DNA from: Thermoplasmatota archaeon
GTDB lineage: Archaea > Thermoplasmatota > E2 > JACPAO01 > JAHFTW01
Length of the DNA: 64,000 nt
Assembly (NCBI GenBank): GCA_038046785.1
Contig: JBBSVM010000006.1
Location: 101,875 to 165,874 of the forward strand
Direction of reading: 5' to 3'
Shown: positions 37,231 to 46,780 of the stretch, one piece after another
How the letters are laid out: each line of letters opens with the position of its first letter
How positions within the stretch are numbered: position 1 is the first letter of the stretch
Program-made: the position numbers and the translations under genes
Notes under the pieces: model-generated
Told to the model about the DNA's origin: nothing
What the model saw: the letters and a program-made list of their open reading frames with translations, nothing else
The model's database searches: none

Positions 37231-37838
37231 CTACCTCCATTTTGCGCGGCCTTTGTTTGGACGCCAGACGACGCGGTGCGGTGGAACCACGTCCGGGACC
37301 GGTTTCGGTCTCCACCTCTGCATGTTTGACTTGACCGGGATTTTCTCCTGTAGGTGCGCGAGCGCTTGGTCCACCTGGTCCCTTGTCGAGGTGTGCGTCG
37401 TGATTCGGCTGGCTAGCTCGATGAACTTGTAGCAGAACAACCAGGATCCGTGGCTGAACGCCACGTGCGCCCGCACGGCGGCGTACCAGATTGGATCTTG
37501 CAAGTCGGCGTTGGCCGGGAGGACAACTTGAAAGTGGTCGAGGGCTTCACGAACTTCCTCGGGCGTCGTTGGCCGATATTTGAGCGGGTACTTGTGGTCG
37601 CCAAGCCTGGCGCGCGTGATGGCGGCGCCGAGCTGCTGAGGTACCAGGTGGCGGGGGCTTCGTCGTTGTCGAAGCCGTTGATTTTGAGGCCATTCATGAT
37701 GGCGAATTGGGCGGCGCGAGCGTCGTGGCGGCGGGCGGCCTCAACGGCGACTTGGCAGTGTTGCCATTCCGGTTTGGCGAAGTCGGCCTCGACCGGCGAG
37801 ATCGTCGAGGTACTCGAGCAGACCTTCGCGACTGCCAT
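37231..37838 (-). pseudogene. frameshifted gene (two overlapping minus-strand frames join near 37640), product unknown
   Basis: ORF 37413..38225 is protein-like from MAVAKVCSSTSTISPVEADFAKPEWQHCQVAVEAARRHDARAAQFAIMNGLKINGFDNDEAPATW. The -1 frame continues as ...LGAAITRARLGDHKYPLKYRPTTPEEVREALDHFQVVLPANADLQDPIWYAAVRAHVAFSHGSWLFCYKFIELAS (ORF 37231..37503). The junction lies at a GGGGG run. Confidence 0.4.
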
Positions 37839-37944
37839 ACTTGGTGGCGCCCTTTGTGCAGGTGGTGATTGAATGATTGGCCCGCAAGCTCGGGCTCCAT
37901 AGAAATGTAGGCTCCTTGCGTTACCGTGTCTTCGGCAAGTCACT

Positions 37945-38814
37945 TTACCGAATTTGCTTCCATGAGGCTCCCGAGTCCTCGGTCTCGAGAATCTGACCGC
38001 TTCCCGTCGCTGCGAATGCATGGGTGCTGGCGCTCTTGGCAAAGGCAAAGAGGACTTGCCCGGGGGCGTCGTCGATGAGGCGGTGGTTGTTCTTGCTCCA
38101 CGTGAGGCCGCCATCGACGCTGCGATAGGTGGATCCGGTTTTTCCGTCGCCAGTGCCCGCCAGCAGGACGGTTCCAGCCGTCGAGACGGCGACGGATGAC
38201 ACCAAACCGGAAACAGGGCCAGCAAGCTTCGTCCAATTCGCGAACGCGGTCAAGTCGGTCGTCTTGTAGAGTCCATTGTTGGTCGCCGCGAAGAGGGCCT
38301 CTGCCGTGCCGCCCAGGGCAAGCACGGATGCCGGTGGCGAGGCGTAGTCCGTCCACGTTGCGCCCCCGTCGCGCGAGACCTTGGTCTTGCCCTGCCAGGA
38401 GCCAGCCAAGTGGCCTTCGCCACTGCTCAGGGCGGTCAAGGCGTGGAAGTCGACTTGCCCCTTCAGACTCCGTTGCTCCCACGTTTCTCCGCCATCGGTG
38501 GACCGACGCAAGCCCAGGTGGACGCCGCCATACGCGCGAGGATCGTCAGGGTGGCCGCTGGAGTAGAACACTCCGTCTCGCACGAGGTCCTTGGTGAATC
38601 CCATGTAGTCGTAGGGGTCCCCGATGAACTCCCACTGCCAAGTGTTGCCGTCGGGCACACCGCGGGCGAGGCCGTGGTGGGACGCCAGGTAGAGGTTGCC
38701 AGACACTTCGTCGTAGGCGAGACCGTGCACGTGAGAGAGCTTGAGTTTGTCGCCGGTGGGTTGACTACAGCCAGCCAGTGCTGCGGCGACGAGGACTGCG
38801 GCCAGGACTTTCAT
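37945..38814 (-). CDS. BNR/Asp-box repeat lipoprotein, paralog 2, 289 aa
   Basis: ORF track. Lipobox LAGCSQ. STDGGETW, SRDGGATW and SVDGGLTW repeats. Confidence 0.8.
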   Translation of the reverse strand: MKVLAAVLVAAALAGCSQPTGDKLKLSHVHGLAYDEVSGNLYLASHHGLARGVPDGNTWQWEFIGDPYDYMGFTKDLVRDGVFYSSGHPDDPRAYGGVHLGLRRSTDGGETWEQRSLKGQVDFHALTALSSGEGHLAGSWQGKTKVSRDGGATWTDYASPPASVLALGGTAEALFAATNNGLYKTTDLTAFANWTKLAGPVSGLVSSVAVSTAGTVLLAGTGDGKTGSTYRSVDGGLTWSKNNHRLIDDAPGQVLFAFAKSASTHAFAATGSGQILETEDSGASWKQIR

Positions 38815-38821
38815 GAGTCAC

Positions 38822-39178
38822 CTAGCGGCGCCACAGAGTCCAGCGCGACGTTGGGGCTTCGGTTCCGGCCACGGCCTTGACGCCGTAGCCGGCCTCTTTG
38901 ACGGCGGCGACCATGGTGGTGGTGGACGCGCCGGGCTTGGCGCGCACTTGGGCCGTCTCCTTCTTCAGGTTCACCGTGGCTTCGGTGACGCCCGGCGTCG
39001 AGCGCAGGGCTTTCTCGACGTGGTTGACGCAGTTCTGGCACGTCATGCCGGTGATTTGCAGCGTGAAGGCTTGTTCCGGGGGGCTCACGAGGCCAAGCAC
39101 GGTTGGCGGGGCTTTACCCCTTGTCCTTGCCATTTGGAAAGACGGGCATCTTGCAATCAAACGGCAAGTTGTGGCCAC
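38822..39178 (-). CDS. copZ: copper chaperone CopZ (HMA domain), 103-118 aa
   Basis: ORF track. FTLQITGMTCQNCVNHVEKAL is the GMTCxxC metal-binding fold. Alternative start Met16. Confidence 0.8.
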   Translation of the reverse strand: MATTCRLIARCPSFQMARTRGKAPPTVLGLVSPPEQAFTLQITGMTCQNCVNHVEKALRSTPGVTEATVNLKKETAQVRAKPGASTTTMVAAVKEAGYGVKAVAGTEAPTSRWTLWRR

Positions 39179-39230
39179 GATTGCTTGACGTTCGCAAACT
39201 TCAAGCCTGGGAAATCATCCAAGTGCTTGC

Positions 39231-39851
39231 ATGGAACTCGACGCCATCGACATGGGCATCCTGCGCGGCCTGCGGCAGGACGCCCGCACATCCTTCCGAA
39301 CCTTGGCCGGGCAGCTTGGCACCACGACGCCGACGGTGAGTGCTCGCGTCAAGCGCCTGGAGAGCCTGCGCATCATCCAAGGCTACCGCGTCGACCTCGA
39401 CCCGCAAGCCCTCGGCGGCTCCCTGCAGGTCCTGCGCCTCGAGGTGCGCCCCGCGGGTCTCCACCGCGTCACGGAAGCCCTGACCGAGATGCAAGGCGTC
39501 GAGGAGATCATGGCCATCAGCGGCGGTTCCTTGCTCGTCAAGGTTCGCCTGCGACCCCCCGTTGTGACGTTCGATGGCCTGCACCAATCCATTGCGGGTC
39601 TCGACGACGTCATCCGCTACGATGCCTGGGAGGTTTGGAGCGTGCGCCAGCGCAGCGCCGACATCGCTGTCACGGGCCTTGAGCTGCGGTGCCACACCTG
39701 CCACAGCCCCATCCAAGGGGAGCCGGTGCGCAGCAAGATCGGCGGCGAGGAACACCTCTTCTGCTGTCCGTTGTGCAAGAAGCAATTCCAGGAACGACAC
39801 GCCGCCGCAACGGCGCGCACGAAATCGGAGAAAGCCGCGCGTAGCGGCTAG
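39231..39851 (+). CDS. copR: copper-responsive regulator CopR type: Lrp/AsnC HTH fused to C-terminal TRASH domain, 206 aa
   Basis: ORF track. N-terminal Lrp HTH (MGILRGLRQDARTSFRTLAGQLGTTTPTVSARVKRLE). C-terminal CHTCHSPI...(19 aa)...CCPLCKKQF is a TRASH Cys motif. Divergent from copZ. Confidence 0.85.
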   Translation: MELDAIDMGILRGLRQDARTSFRTLAGQLGTTTPTVSARVKRLESLRIIQGYRVDLDPQALGGSLQVLRLEVRPAGLHRVTEALTEMQGVEEIMAISGGSLLVKVRLRPPVVTFDGLHQSIAGLDDVIRYDAWEVWSVRQRSADIAVTGLELRCHTCHSPIQGEPVRSKIGGEEHLFCCPLCKKQFQERHAAATARTKSEKAARSG

Positions 39852-39950
39852 CGCGCTGGCCTCGCGGCGAAAGACTTGGGCACATCGTCGCAGCAACAGG
39901 GCACCCTGCATGCGACGACGCGAAGGGCCGCCTCAACTTCGCATTGGCAG

Positions 39951-40193
39951 TCAGCGCACTTCACGAACATCACTTCCCGGTGATTGGTTCGGTTTGGCCG
40001 CCGGCGTGGGGCAGGCGGCGTCTTCGTTGCGGCGGTTCCAGGCGTTGCGCGCCCACAATCCAGCCACCAGCGTCAGGACGGCGACAGCTGCCAAGCCTTT
40101 GAGGGCTAGCGCCGTTGCTCCGAAGACGGCGCCGACGGCGAGGAAGAAGCCGCCGGCGCAGGCAGGGCAGGCCACCATGAGGACCAGCCCCAT
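39951..40193 (-). CDS. small 2-TM membrane protein with CPAC motif, about 81 aa
   Basis: 3' part of ORF 39951..40415. MGLVLMVACPACAGGFFLAVGAVFG... It lies 11 nt downstream of copA. Confidence 0.45.
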   Translation of the reverse strand: MGLVLMVACPACAGGFFLAVGAVFGATALALKGLAAVAVLTLVAGLWARNAWNRRNEDAACPTPAAKPNQSPGSDVREVR

Positions 40194-40203
40194 CTTGCGT
40201 TTG

Positions 40204-43200
40204 CTATCTTGTTTGCCTTCCATTGGTTGACCTCGCGGGCTTTGTCGGGGGGCGGGCCGCTGGCGCCTTTCGGGGCGCAACCGGCATGACCGCTGGCGTC
40301 GGTGAAGGGCGCACGTGCCCGTTTGTGCCCGCGCGAGGTTGGCTTGCAGAATGGAGGGAAGCCGCGGAACCGTCGCTGGCACGCGCCGCGTTTCCGTTCT
40401 GCGGAGCCATCTCAACCGGCCGCAACACGATTGAGCGCTGCAAATCCTGCACGGTTCGCTGCAGCTCAGTGATGGTTTGGCGCAGCTGCTCCGTTTCCGA
40501 AGCTGCCCCTTGCAATTCGGGTTGGGGAGGCCGCAACGACGCCACGGGTCGGGCCGGGGTCCACGGCGCGGCCGCTGGCGCGCTCACGCCGTTTCGCGAG
40601 TGTGCGGACGAGCCATTGTGTACTGGAACTGCCACGAAGGCGACGGGGATTTCCACGCGGCTTTTGCCGTTGCGCACGACAGGGGATTTGCCCGGGCCGA
40701 CGTGGGCGGGTCGCCAGCGTCGCAGGAGATTGGTGTTGGCAACGACGCTGACGCTGGAGAGCGCCATGGCTGCGCCCGCCAGGATGGGGTGCAGCAGGAC
40801 CGGTCCGCCGAACAAGGGCCACGCGACGAAGAGGCCTGCCGCGAGGGGGATGAGGATGACGTTGTAGCCGAAGGCCCAGGTCAGGTTCTGGTAGACTTTG
40901 CGCAGTGTTGCCTTCGACAGGTCGAGGGCGGCGACGGCGTCACGCAGGTCGTCCCGCAACAGGATGACTTGGCCGGCTTCCTTGGCGACATCCGAGCCGG
41001 CGCCCATGGCGATGCCGAGGTCGGCGGCCACGAGGGCGGGGGCGTCGTTGACGCCGTCGCCAACCATGGCGACGCTGAGGCCCTGGGATTTGAGTTTGTT
41101 CACGACGTCTGCTTTGCCCTGGGGCAGGACTTCGGCAAACACTTGGTCGATGCCGACCTGCTTGGCGATGGCTTGCGCGGTCTGGCGGTTGTCGCCAGTC
41201 AGGAGCGCGACCTTGAGGCCGCGCTTGCGGAAGGCGGCAATCGCTTCCGCGCTGGTGGGTTTCACGGTGTCAGCAATCGCAACCCATCCCAGTAGGAGTG
41301 TGCCGGACGCGACGCCAATGATGGTCTGCCCCCGGCTCCGTCCCGCAGCCAGAGATGTTTGGTGCTGAATGGTCTGCACGCCTTCCTGGGTGAGCCACTC
41401 GGGCTTGCCTACACACACCGGGTCGGCTCCCAGCCAGGCACGCACGCCTTGGCCGGGAACGTTCTCGAACCGCTGCACGGGTCGAGCTGTGATGCCCTTT
41501 TGGGTCGCGTAACGAACCACCGCCGCAGCGAGGGGGTGCTCACTTGTTGCCTCGACGGAGGCGGCGACCGACAGGAGGGTGTGGAGTTGGCCGCTTGCGA
41601 CGTGGATGTTCGTCACTTGGGGCTTGCCTTGGGTGACGGTGCCGGTCTTGTCGAGGATCACGACGTCGATCTTGCGGGTTCCTTCGAGTGCTTCGGCGCC
41701 TTTGATGAGGATGCCGTTCTCGGCGCCTTTGCCCATGCCGACCATGATGGCCATGGGGGTCGCCAATCCCATGGCGCATGGGCAGGCAATCACGAGGATG
41801 GCCACTGAGGACAGTAGGCCCAGGGTCAAGGGCGTGTAGCCGGCGTCACGGGCCACGTCGGCGCCGATGGTCATCCAGGCGGCAAACGTGAGAACAGACA
41901 GGAGGAGGACGACGGGGACGAAGCGTGCCGTGATGGCGTCGACGATGCGCTGAATGGGAGCCTTGGCCGATTGGGCGTCCTCGACGAACTGGACGATTTG
42001 GGCCAACATCGTCTCGGAGCCGACCTTGCTGGCTTGCATGGTCAGGGCGCCGTTCTGGTTGACGGTGGCTCCGATGACGACGGAGCCCGGGGCTTTCTCC
42101 ACGGGGATGGACTCGCCGGTGATCATGCTCTCGTCGATGGCGCTGTTGCCCTTGAGGACACGGCCATCGGTCGGAATTTTCTCACCAGGTTTGACCAGGA
42201 GCCTGTCGCCGACCTTGACTTGCTCAAGGGGAATCTCAATCCATTGGCCGTTGCGTTGCACGCGGGCATTCTTTGCGCCCAACTCCAGGAGCCTCCGGAT
42301 GGCTTCGCTGGCCTTGCTCTTGGAGCGCGTCTCCAAGTATTTGCCCAGTAGGATGAGGGTGACGACGACTGCGGCCGTCTCGTAGTAGACGCCCATGCCG
42401 TGGAAGGCGGGCACGAAGGCGACCGAGATGGAGAATAGGTAGGCGACGCCTGTGCCGGTGGCCACGAGTGTGTCCATGTTGGCGCTCCAGCGACGCAGCG
42501 CCTTCCATGCGCCGACAAAGAATGTCGCGCCGCTGTAGAGCATGACGGGGGTGGCGAGCAGGAACTCCGTGAGCATCTGCCATTCAAAGCCAAGAATCTC
42601 CCCGGGAATCATGAAGAAGCCGAGCGTGTTCCCCATGGCGACGACCACGAGCGGCGCGGTGAAGATGGCCCCGATGATGAAGCGACGAAGCCGGATACGG
42701 GCCTCGTTGCGCTCCGGCGCGGCATCTGCTTGGCTGGAATCTCGGCCGCTTGGAGCCGTCCGGACGCCGTAGCCAGCGGCTTCGACGGCGGCCACAAGTT
42801 GCTCGCGTTGAACTCCTGGGGCAAGGGCGACGGAGGCGCTTTCGGTGGCCAGGTTGACGCTCGCATTCTTGACGCCGGGAACCTTGCCAAGCGCCTTGGT
42901 GACATGGCCGACGCAGCTGGCGCACGTCATGCCCGTGATTTCCAGTTTGAGTTGGCTCGGTCCGTTGCCAGGAGTGGTTGCCGCGGGTCGCGGGGCCGGT
43001 GGTACGAGCTTGTAGCCGGCGCTGCTGACGGCGCGTTGCACGTCGCTGGGCTGGACCTTCGCGGGGTCGGCGGTGATGCGGAGGCGTTCCGTGGCGAGGT
43101 TGACGTCGGCTTGCTGGATGCCGGGCAATTTTCGGACGGCGGTCTCGATGGTGCGCACGCAGCTGGCGCACGTCATTCCCTGCACGGCGTACGTGGCTTG

Positions 43201-43212
43201 GATTTGGGACAT
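40204..43212 (-). CDS. copA: copper-translocating P1B-type ATPase CopA with two N-terminal HMA domains and about 190-aa C-terminal extension, 1002 aa
   Basis: ORF track. Two GMTCASC motifs, [22 protein letters not shown]. The C-terminal tail after TM8 is Pro/Ala-rich with a coiled-coil segment [23 protein letters not shown]. Confidence 0.95.
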   Translation of the reverse strand: MSQIQATYAVQGMTCASCVRTIETAVRKLPGIQQADVNLATERLRITADPAKVQPSDVQRAVSSAGYKLVPPAPRPAATTPGNGPSQLKLEITGMTCASCVGHVTKALGKVPGVKNASVNLATESASVALAPGVQREQLVAAVEAAGYGVRTAPSGRDSSQADAAPERNEARIRLRRFIIGAIFTAPLVVVAMGNTLGFFMIPGEILGFEWQMLTEFLLATPVMLYSGATFFVGAWKALRRWSANMDTLVATGTGVAYLFSISVAFVPAFHGMGVYYETAAVVVTLILLGKYLETRSKSKASEAIRRLLELGAKNARVQRNGQWIEIPLEQVKVGDRLLVKPGEKIPTDGRVLKGNSAIDESMITGESIPVEKAPGSVVIGATVNQNGALTMQASKVGSETMLAQIVQFVEDAQSAKAPIQRIVDAITARFVPVVLLLSVLTFAAWMTIGADVARDAGYTPLTLGLLSSVAILVIACPCAMGLATPMAIMVGMGKGAENGILIKGAEALEGTRKIDVVILDKTGTVTQGKPQVTNIHVASGQLHTLLSVAASVEATSEHPLAAAVVRYATQKGITARPVQRFENVPGQGVRAWLGADPVCVGKPEWLTQEGVQTIQHQTSLAAGRSRGQTIIGVASGTLLLGWVAIADTVKPTSAEAIAAFRKRGLKVALLTGDNRQTAQAIAKQVGIDQVFAEVLPQGKADVVNKLKSQGLSVAMVGDGVNDAPALVAADLGIAMGAGSDVAKEAGQVILLRDDLRDAVAALDLSKATLRKVYQNLTWAFGYNVILIPLAAGLFVAWPLFGGPVLLHPILAGAAMALSSVSVVANTNLLRRWRPAHVGPGKSPVVRNGKSRVEIPVAFVAVPVHNGSSAHSRNGVSAPAAAPWTPARPVASLRPPQPELQGAASETEQLRQTITELQRTVQDLQRSIVLRPVEMAPQNGNAARASDGSAASLHSASQPRAGTNGHVRPSPTPAVMPVAPRKAPAARPPTKPARSTNGRQTR

Positions 43213-43233
43213 GGCTGCACTCCCTCTTATGTG

Positions 43234-45504
43234 TCAGGCCTTAACCGGATTGCCGCTTCCAAGTGGAAAGCTTCCCGGGGGGCCTTGGTTGCTGGTGGAG
43301 TGGGTGGGCTGCCACCGGCGCAAGAGCAGGCTGTTGAGCATGACGCTCGTGATGGAGAGCGTCATGGCGACACCCGCCAGCATAGGATCCAGACGAGTGG
43401 CGGAGCCGAACAGGGGCCGTGCCACGAGGAGGCCAGCGGCGACCGGGATAAGCAGTGCGTTGTAGGCGAACGCCCAGGCGAGGTTCTGGTGGACTTTGCG
43501 CAGGGTGGCGCGGGCCAAGTCCAAGGCTGCGGGGATGCCCAGCAAGTCGTCGTCGAGGAGGGCGATGCCGCCGACGTTGCCGGCGCGGCCGCCTACGGTG
43601 ATGCCGAGGTGCGCTTCCGCCATGGCGGCGGCGTCCGTTGTGGCGTCACCGACGAGGGCGACGCGACTGCCTTCACCCTTCAGGTGGCGGATGGTGGCCG
43701 CTTGGTCGGATGCGGGGACGTCGGCCAGGATGCGGGTGATTCCAAGGGGTTTGGCCAGGGCGTGCGCAGTCTGGGCGTGGTCGCCGGTGAGCAGCACGAC
43801 TTGCAGGCCCTGGTGGCGCAAGGCGTCCAGGGCGCGGGCAGCATTGGGGCGAACGGGGTCGGCCGTGGCGATGATTCCGAGGCTGGTTCCGTCTTGGGCG
43901 ATGCCAACGACGGTCTTGCCTTCGTTGCGCAGGCGCTCGATGTGGTACTGTTGTTCGGCAAGTGAGATGCCTTTGCTCGCAAGCCAGGCGGGAGTGCCGA
44001 CGAGGACCTGTTTTCCTTCGACCTGGGCCGTGAAGCCCTTGTCGGGGAAAGCCTCGAAGGATTCGGCTTGCGGGATGGCGTTGCCTTGGGCGCGGCGCTG
44101 GATGGCGATGGCCAGGGCGTGGTCGCTCTTGGCGGCAGCCGAGGCGGCGAGGATCAGCAGCTCGTCTGCATTTTTGGGGCTGAGGACGAGCGTCGTGGCG
44201 GGCAGGGTGTCGGTGACTTCCGGGTGCCCCGTTGTTAGGGTGCTCTTCTTGATGACGACGGTGTCGAGTCCGCGCGCGGCTTGCAGGGCTTCGCCGCCGC
44301 GGAGGATGATGCCCTTCTCGGCGCCGCGCGACGTGCCCGTCAGGACCGCCATGGGAACGGCCAGGCCGAGGGCGCAGGGGCAGGCGATGATGAGCACGGT
44401 GAGAAGGCTCACGAGGGCCATGGAGGATGGCGTGAAACCGGCATCTACTGCGATGGGGGCTCCCAGGGTGCTCCAAAAAATGGAGGCCGCGAAGGCGATG
44501 ACGAGGACGGCGGGGACGAAGTAGCGCACGATGCGGTCGACGGCGTGCTGGATGGGAATCTTGGAGGTCTGCGCCTGTTCCAGCATCTGGCCGGTGGCCG
44601 TGTCCTTGGCGGTGGGCTCGAGCATCCGGCGTAGCGTGGCGCGGGCGCGGCGTTGCGCGCGCTGCTCGATGAGTCGACCCAGCAGGAGCAGCGTGACGAC
44701 GACGGCCGCGGTCTCGAAGTAGACCCCTTGCCCACTGTCGAGTCCAGGCCAGATGAGGATGGCCGTCGAGTAGCCGAACGCGGTACCTACGCCAGTCGCT
44801 ACAAGGGTGTCCATGGTGAGGTGGCGGCTGCGGTAGGCGTTCCACGCACCTCGGAAAAATGGCGCGCCACCATACACGACGACGGGTGCAGCCAAGGCGA
44901 ATTGGAGCCAAAGGTCGCCCATCGCCATGCCATCGTGGCCTCCGTGGCCGCCCATGTCCATGCCGGACATGTCCATCCCCATCGCGGCCATCTCTTCGGC
45001 CGTCATGTTCTCCATCCCTTCCATGCCGTGCATACTGTGCATGCCTTCCATCCCCTCCATGCCTTCCATTCCACCCATTCCGGACATGTGGTCGCCGATG
45101 CCCAGGAACATCATGATGTGGGGCCCCATGGCGATGGCGAACAGGGGAATGGTGAGTGCGGCGGCGATGATGAGGCGGCGCGTCTCGCGGCGGTCGCCCT
45201 TTTCTTCCTCCTGCGGCGCGGAGTCTTCGCGGACGCTGTAGCCACTCGTCTTGACGGCATCGACGAGGGCTTGCCGGGACAGGTCCTTGGTGCCATGCAC
45301 CTGGGCCTTTCCGGTCGCGAGGTTGACGACGGCGCTGTGCACGCCAGGCGTGGTGCGCAGCCCTTTCTCGATGGTGGCGACACAGCTGGCGCACGTCATC
45401 CCGGCGACGCGAAGCGTGTACGTGGAATCAAGAGGGGCTTCAGGCACAGGGCTTCCAGGAGGCGGGTGTCTATACTGCTTCTTCTTTCCAAACGTCAAGG
45501 ACAA
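43234..45504 (-). CDS. degenerate P1B-ATPase paralog: one HMA, Met/His-rich extracytoplasmic loop, CPC retained, actuator domain deleted, DKTGT degraded to KKSTL
   Basis: ORF track. GMTCASC; loop HMSGMGGMEGMEGMEGMHSMHGMEGMENM...GMDMSGMDMGGHGGHDGMAMG between TM1 and TM2; IIACPCALG; about 95 aa including TGES missing between TM4 and TM5 compared with copA; VVIKKSTLTTG replaces [13 protein letters not shown]; GDATTDAA replaces GDGVNDAP; SDHAL replaces SEHPL. Confidence 0.85.
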   Translation of the reverse strand: MSLTFGKKKQYRHPPPGSPVPEAPLDSTYTLRVAGMTCASCVATIEKGLRTTPGVHSAVVNLATGKAQVHGTKDLSRQALVDAVKTSGYSVREDSAPQEEEKGDRRETRRLIIAAALTIPLFAIAMGPHIMMFLGIGDHMSGMGGMEGMEGMEGMHSMHGMEGMENMTAEEMAAMGMDMSGMDMGGHGGHDGMAMGDLWLQFALAAPVVVYGGAPFFRGAWNAYRSRHLTMDTLVATGVGTAFGYSTAILIWPGLDSGQGVYFETAAVVVTLLLLGRLIEQRAQRRARATLRRMLEPTAKDTATGQMLEQAQTSKIPIQHAVDRIVRYFVPAVLVIAFAASIFWSTLGAPIAVDAGFTPSSMALVSLLTVLIIACPCALGLAVPMAVLTGTSRGAEKGIILRGGEALQAARGLDTVVIKKSTLTTGHPEVTDTLPATTLVLSPKNADELLILAASAAAKSDHALAIAIQRRAQGNAIPQAESFEAFPDKGFTAQVEGKQVLVGTPAWLASKGISLAEQQYHIERLRNEGKTVVGIAQDGTSLGIIATADPVRPNAARALDALRHQGLQVVLLTGDHAQTAHALAKPLGITRILADVPASDQAATIRHLKGEGSRVALVGDATTDAAAMAEAHLGITVGGRAGNVGGIALLDDDLLGIPAALDLARATLRKVHQNLAWAFAYNALLIPVAAGLLVARPLFGSATRLDPMLAGVAMTLSITSVMLNSLLLRRWQPTHSTSNQGPPGSFPLGSGNPVKA

Positions 45505-45537
45505 CCAGGATAACAGGAAAGGACCTGGCGTAGGTCA

Positions 45538-45813
45538 ATGGAAGCAGTCAAGACGAAACCGGGTCACGGGCAGGAAGGTCACGACATGCAATCCTGTGGT
45601 CACTGCGTGGTGGACCCGAAGCGGAACAAGTCGTCCCTGGTTGCCTGGATCGTTGCGGGAGTCGCTGTCGTCTTTGCCATCGTCGTCTACTTCTCACGCG
45701 CGGGGTCACTGGGCAGCAACCTGGCGGGCGGTGGCAGCCTCGCACTGTTGGCCGTCTTGGCTTGCCCCTTGATAATGGGTGCCATGATGTTCATGATGGG
45801 CAAACGTCACTGA
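45538..45813 (+). CDS. small membrane protein with CxxC and Met-rich C-terminus, 91 aa
   Basis: ORF track. QSCGHCVVDP, two TM helices, then ACPLIMGAMMFMMGKRH. Its start lies 33 nt from the start of the divergent degenerate ATPase. Confidence 0.55.
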   Translation: MEAVKTKPGHGQEGHDMQSCGHCVVDPKRNKSSLVAWIVAGVAVVFAIVVYFSRAGSLGSNLAGGGSLALLAVLACPLIMGAMMFMMGKRH

Positions 45814-45829
45814 GGAGACACAAAGTTCA

Positions 45830-46234
45830 ATGACCGCACCGGTTTGGCTCGCAGGCATGCGCTGGTTGCTCGTGGTCCCTCTCCTGCTTGCCGGCTGCGC
45901 CGCCAACGACGCCCCGGATGCCCCATTGAGTGACGAAAGTGCAAGGCCGGATCCAATCATGAAGATGGTCCCGATGGTCGACGATTCGATCAAGAACGGA
46001 AACTTCGCCATCCGTACCATGGACCAGGCCATGTACATGAACGAAGGAGCGCGTGCCCACACCGTCACGGTCCACAAGGTGGGTGACGCTGCCACAACGA
46101 CGAGGATTGATCGGACCTTGCAGCCTGACCAGACGTACACTTACACCTTCGACGCGCCAGGAACATACCATGTCTACTGCCGCTTGCACGGCACTACAAC
46201 CTCTGGAATGACGTCGACCGTTGAAGTCGCCTAG
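45830..46234 (+). CDS. cupredoxin lipoprotein (plastocyanin-like), 134 aa
   Basis: ORF track. Lipobox LLAGCAAN. AHTVTVH, YHVYCRLHGTTTSGM type-1 Cu ligands. Confidence 0.8.
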   Translation: MTAPVWLAGMRWLLVVPLLLAGCAANDAPDAPLSDESARPDPIMKMVPMVDDSIKNGNFAIRTMDQAMYMNEGARAHTVTVHKVGDAATTTRIDRTLQPDQTYTYTFDAPGTYHVYCRLHGTTTSGMTSTVEVA

Positions 46235-46372
46235 ACCCGTGCCTCCTGCCAAGAAACAAGGTCTGGCAAGATATACGGCGAGGCCGCTGAAATTTCTGCT
46301 TTGAGATGCGACGCGACGTCAGGCCGTTAGCGAAAAGTCGCAGCTAAGTCCAAAATGTCTCAGCGGAGTTTC

Positions 46373-46747
46373 TCAGATGGGGGCGGGGGTGACGCGGACG
46401 CCGTCCAGTTTCGTCAATGCGTCTAAGAGTTCGTGGATGCGGGGTCCCTCCCCGTGCAGGATGAGGGCGTCCACGCAGGTGCCTTCCAAGTGGTGGTGGA
46501 GGGAAGTGGTCACGAGGTCTTCGAAGCGGTGCAGGACTTTGCCGACTTTTTCCTGGTTCTTGTCGGCGACGTAGACGAGGGTGAGGGCGAGGTGGACGTG
46601 GCCTTCGAACTCCATCTGGTGGCTGGTGATGAAGTGGTGCAGGGCGTCGCGGATGGCGCTGGAGCGGGAGTCGTAGCCGAAGTGCTCGACGAGTTTGTCG
46701 AACTTGTCCAGTTCAGCGCCGGAAAGGGAGATGGAGATGACGGCCAT
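46373..46747 (-). CDS. nikR: NikR-like RHH metal-responsive regulator, copy 2, 124 aa
   Basis: ORF track. Near-identical to 21600..21974, differing at about 12 positions. Confidence 0.85.
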   Translation of the reverse strand: MAVISISLSGAELDKFDKLVEHFGYDSRSSAIRDALHHFITSHQMEFEGHVHLALTLVYVADKNQEKVGKVLHRFEDLVTTSLHHHLEGTCVDALILHGEGPRIHELLDALTKLDGVRVTPAPI

Positions 46748-46780
46748 GGGGGTTCACTTGTGGGGGGTCGGATAAACTCG

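Noticed and set aside
43673-45394. 573-aa Arg/His/Pro-rich minus-strand ORF inside the ATPase paralog, and 63193..63978 similarly
   Set aside because: These are wrong-frame readings of real genes, with extreme Arg/Pro composition.
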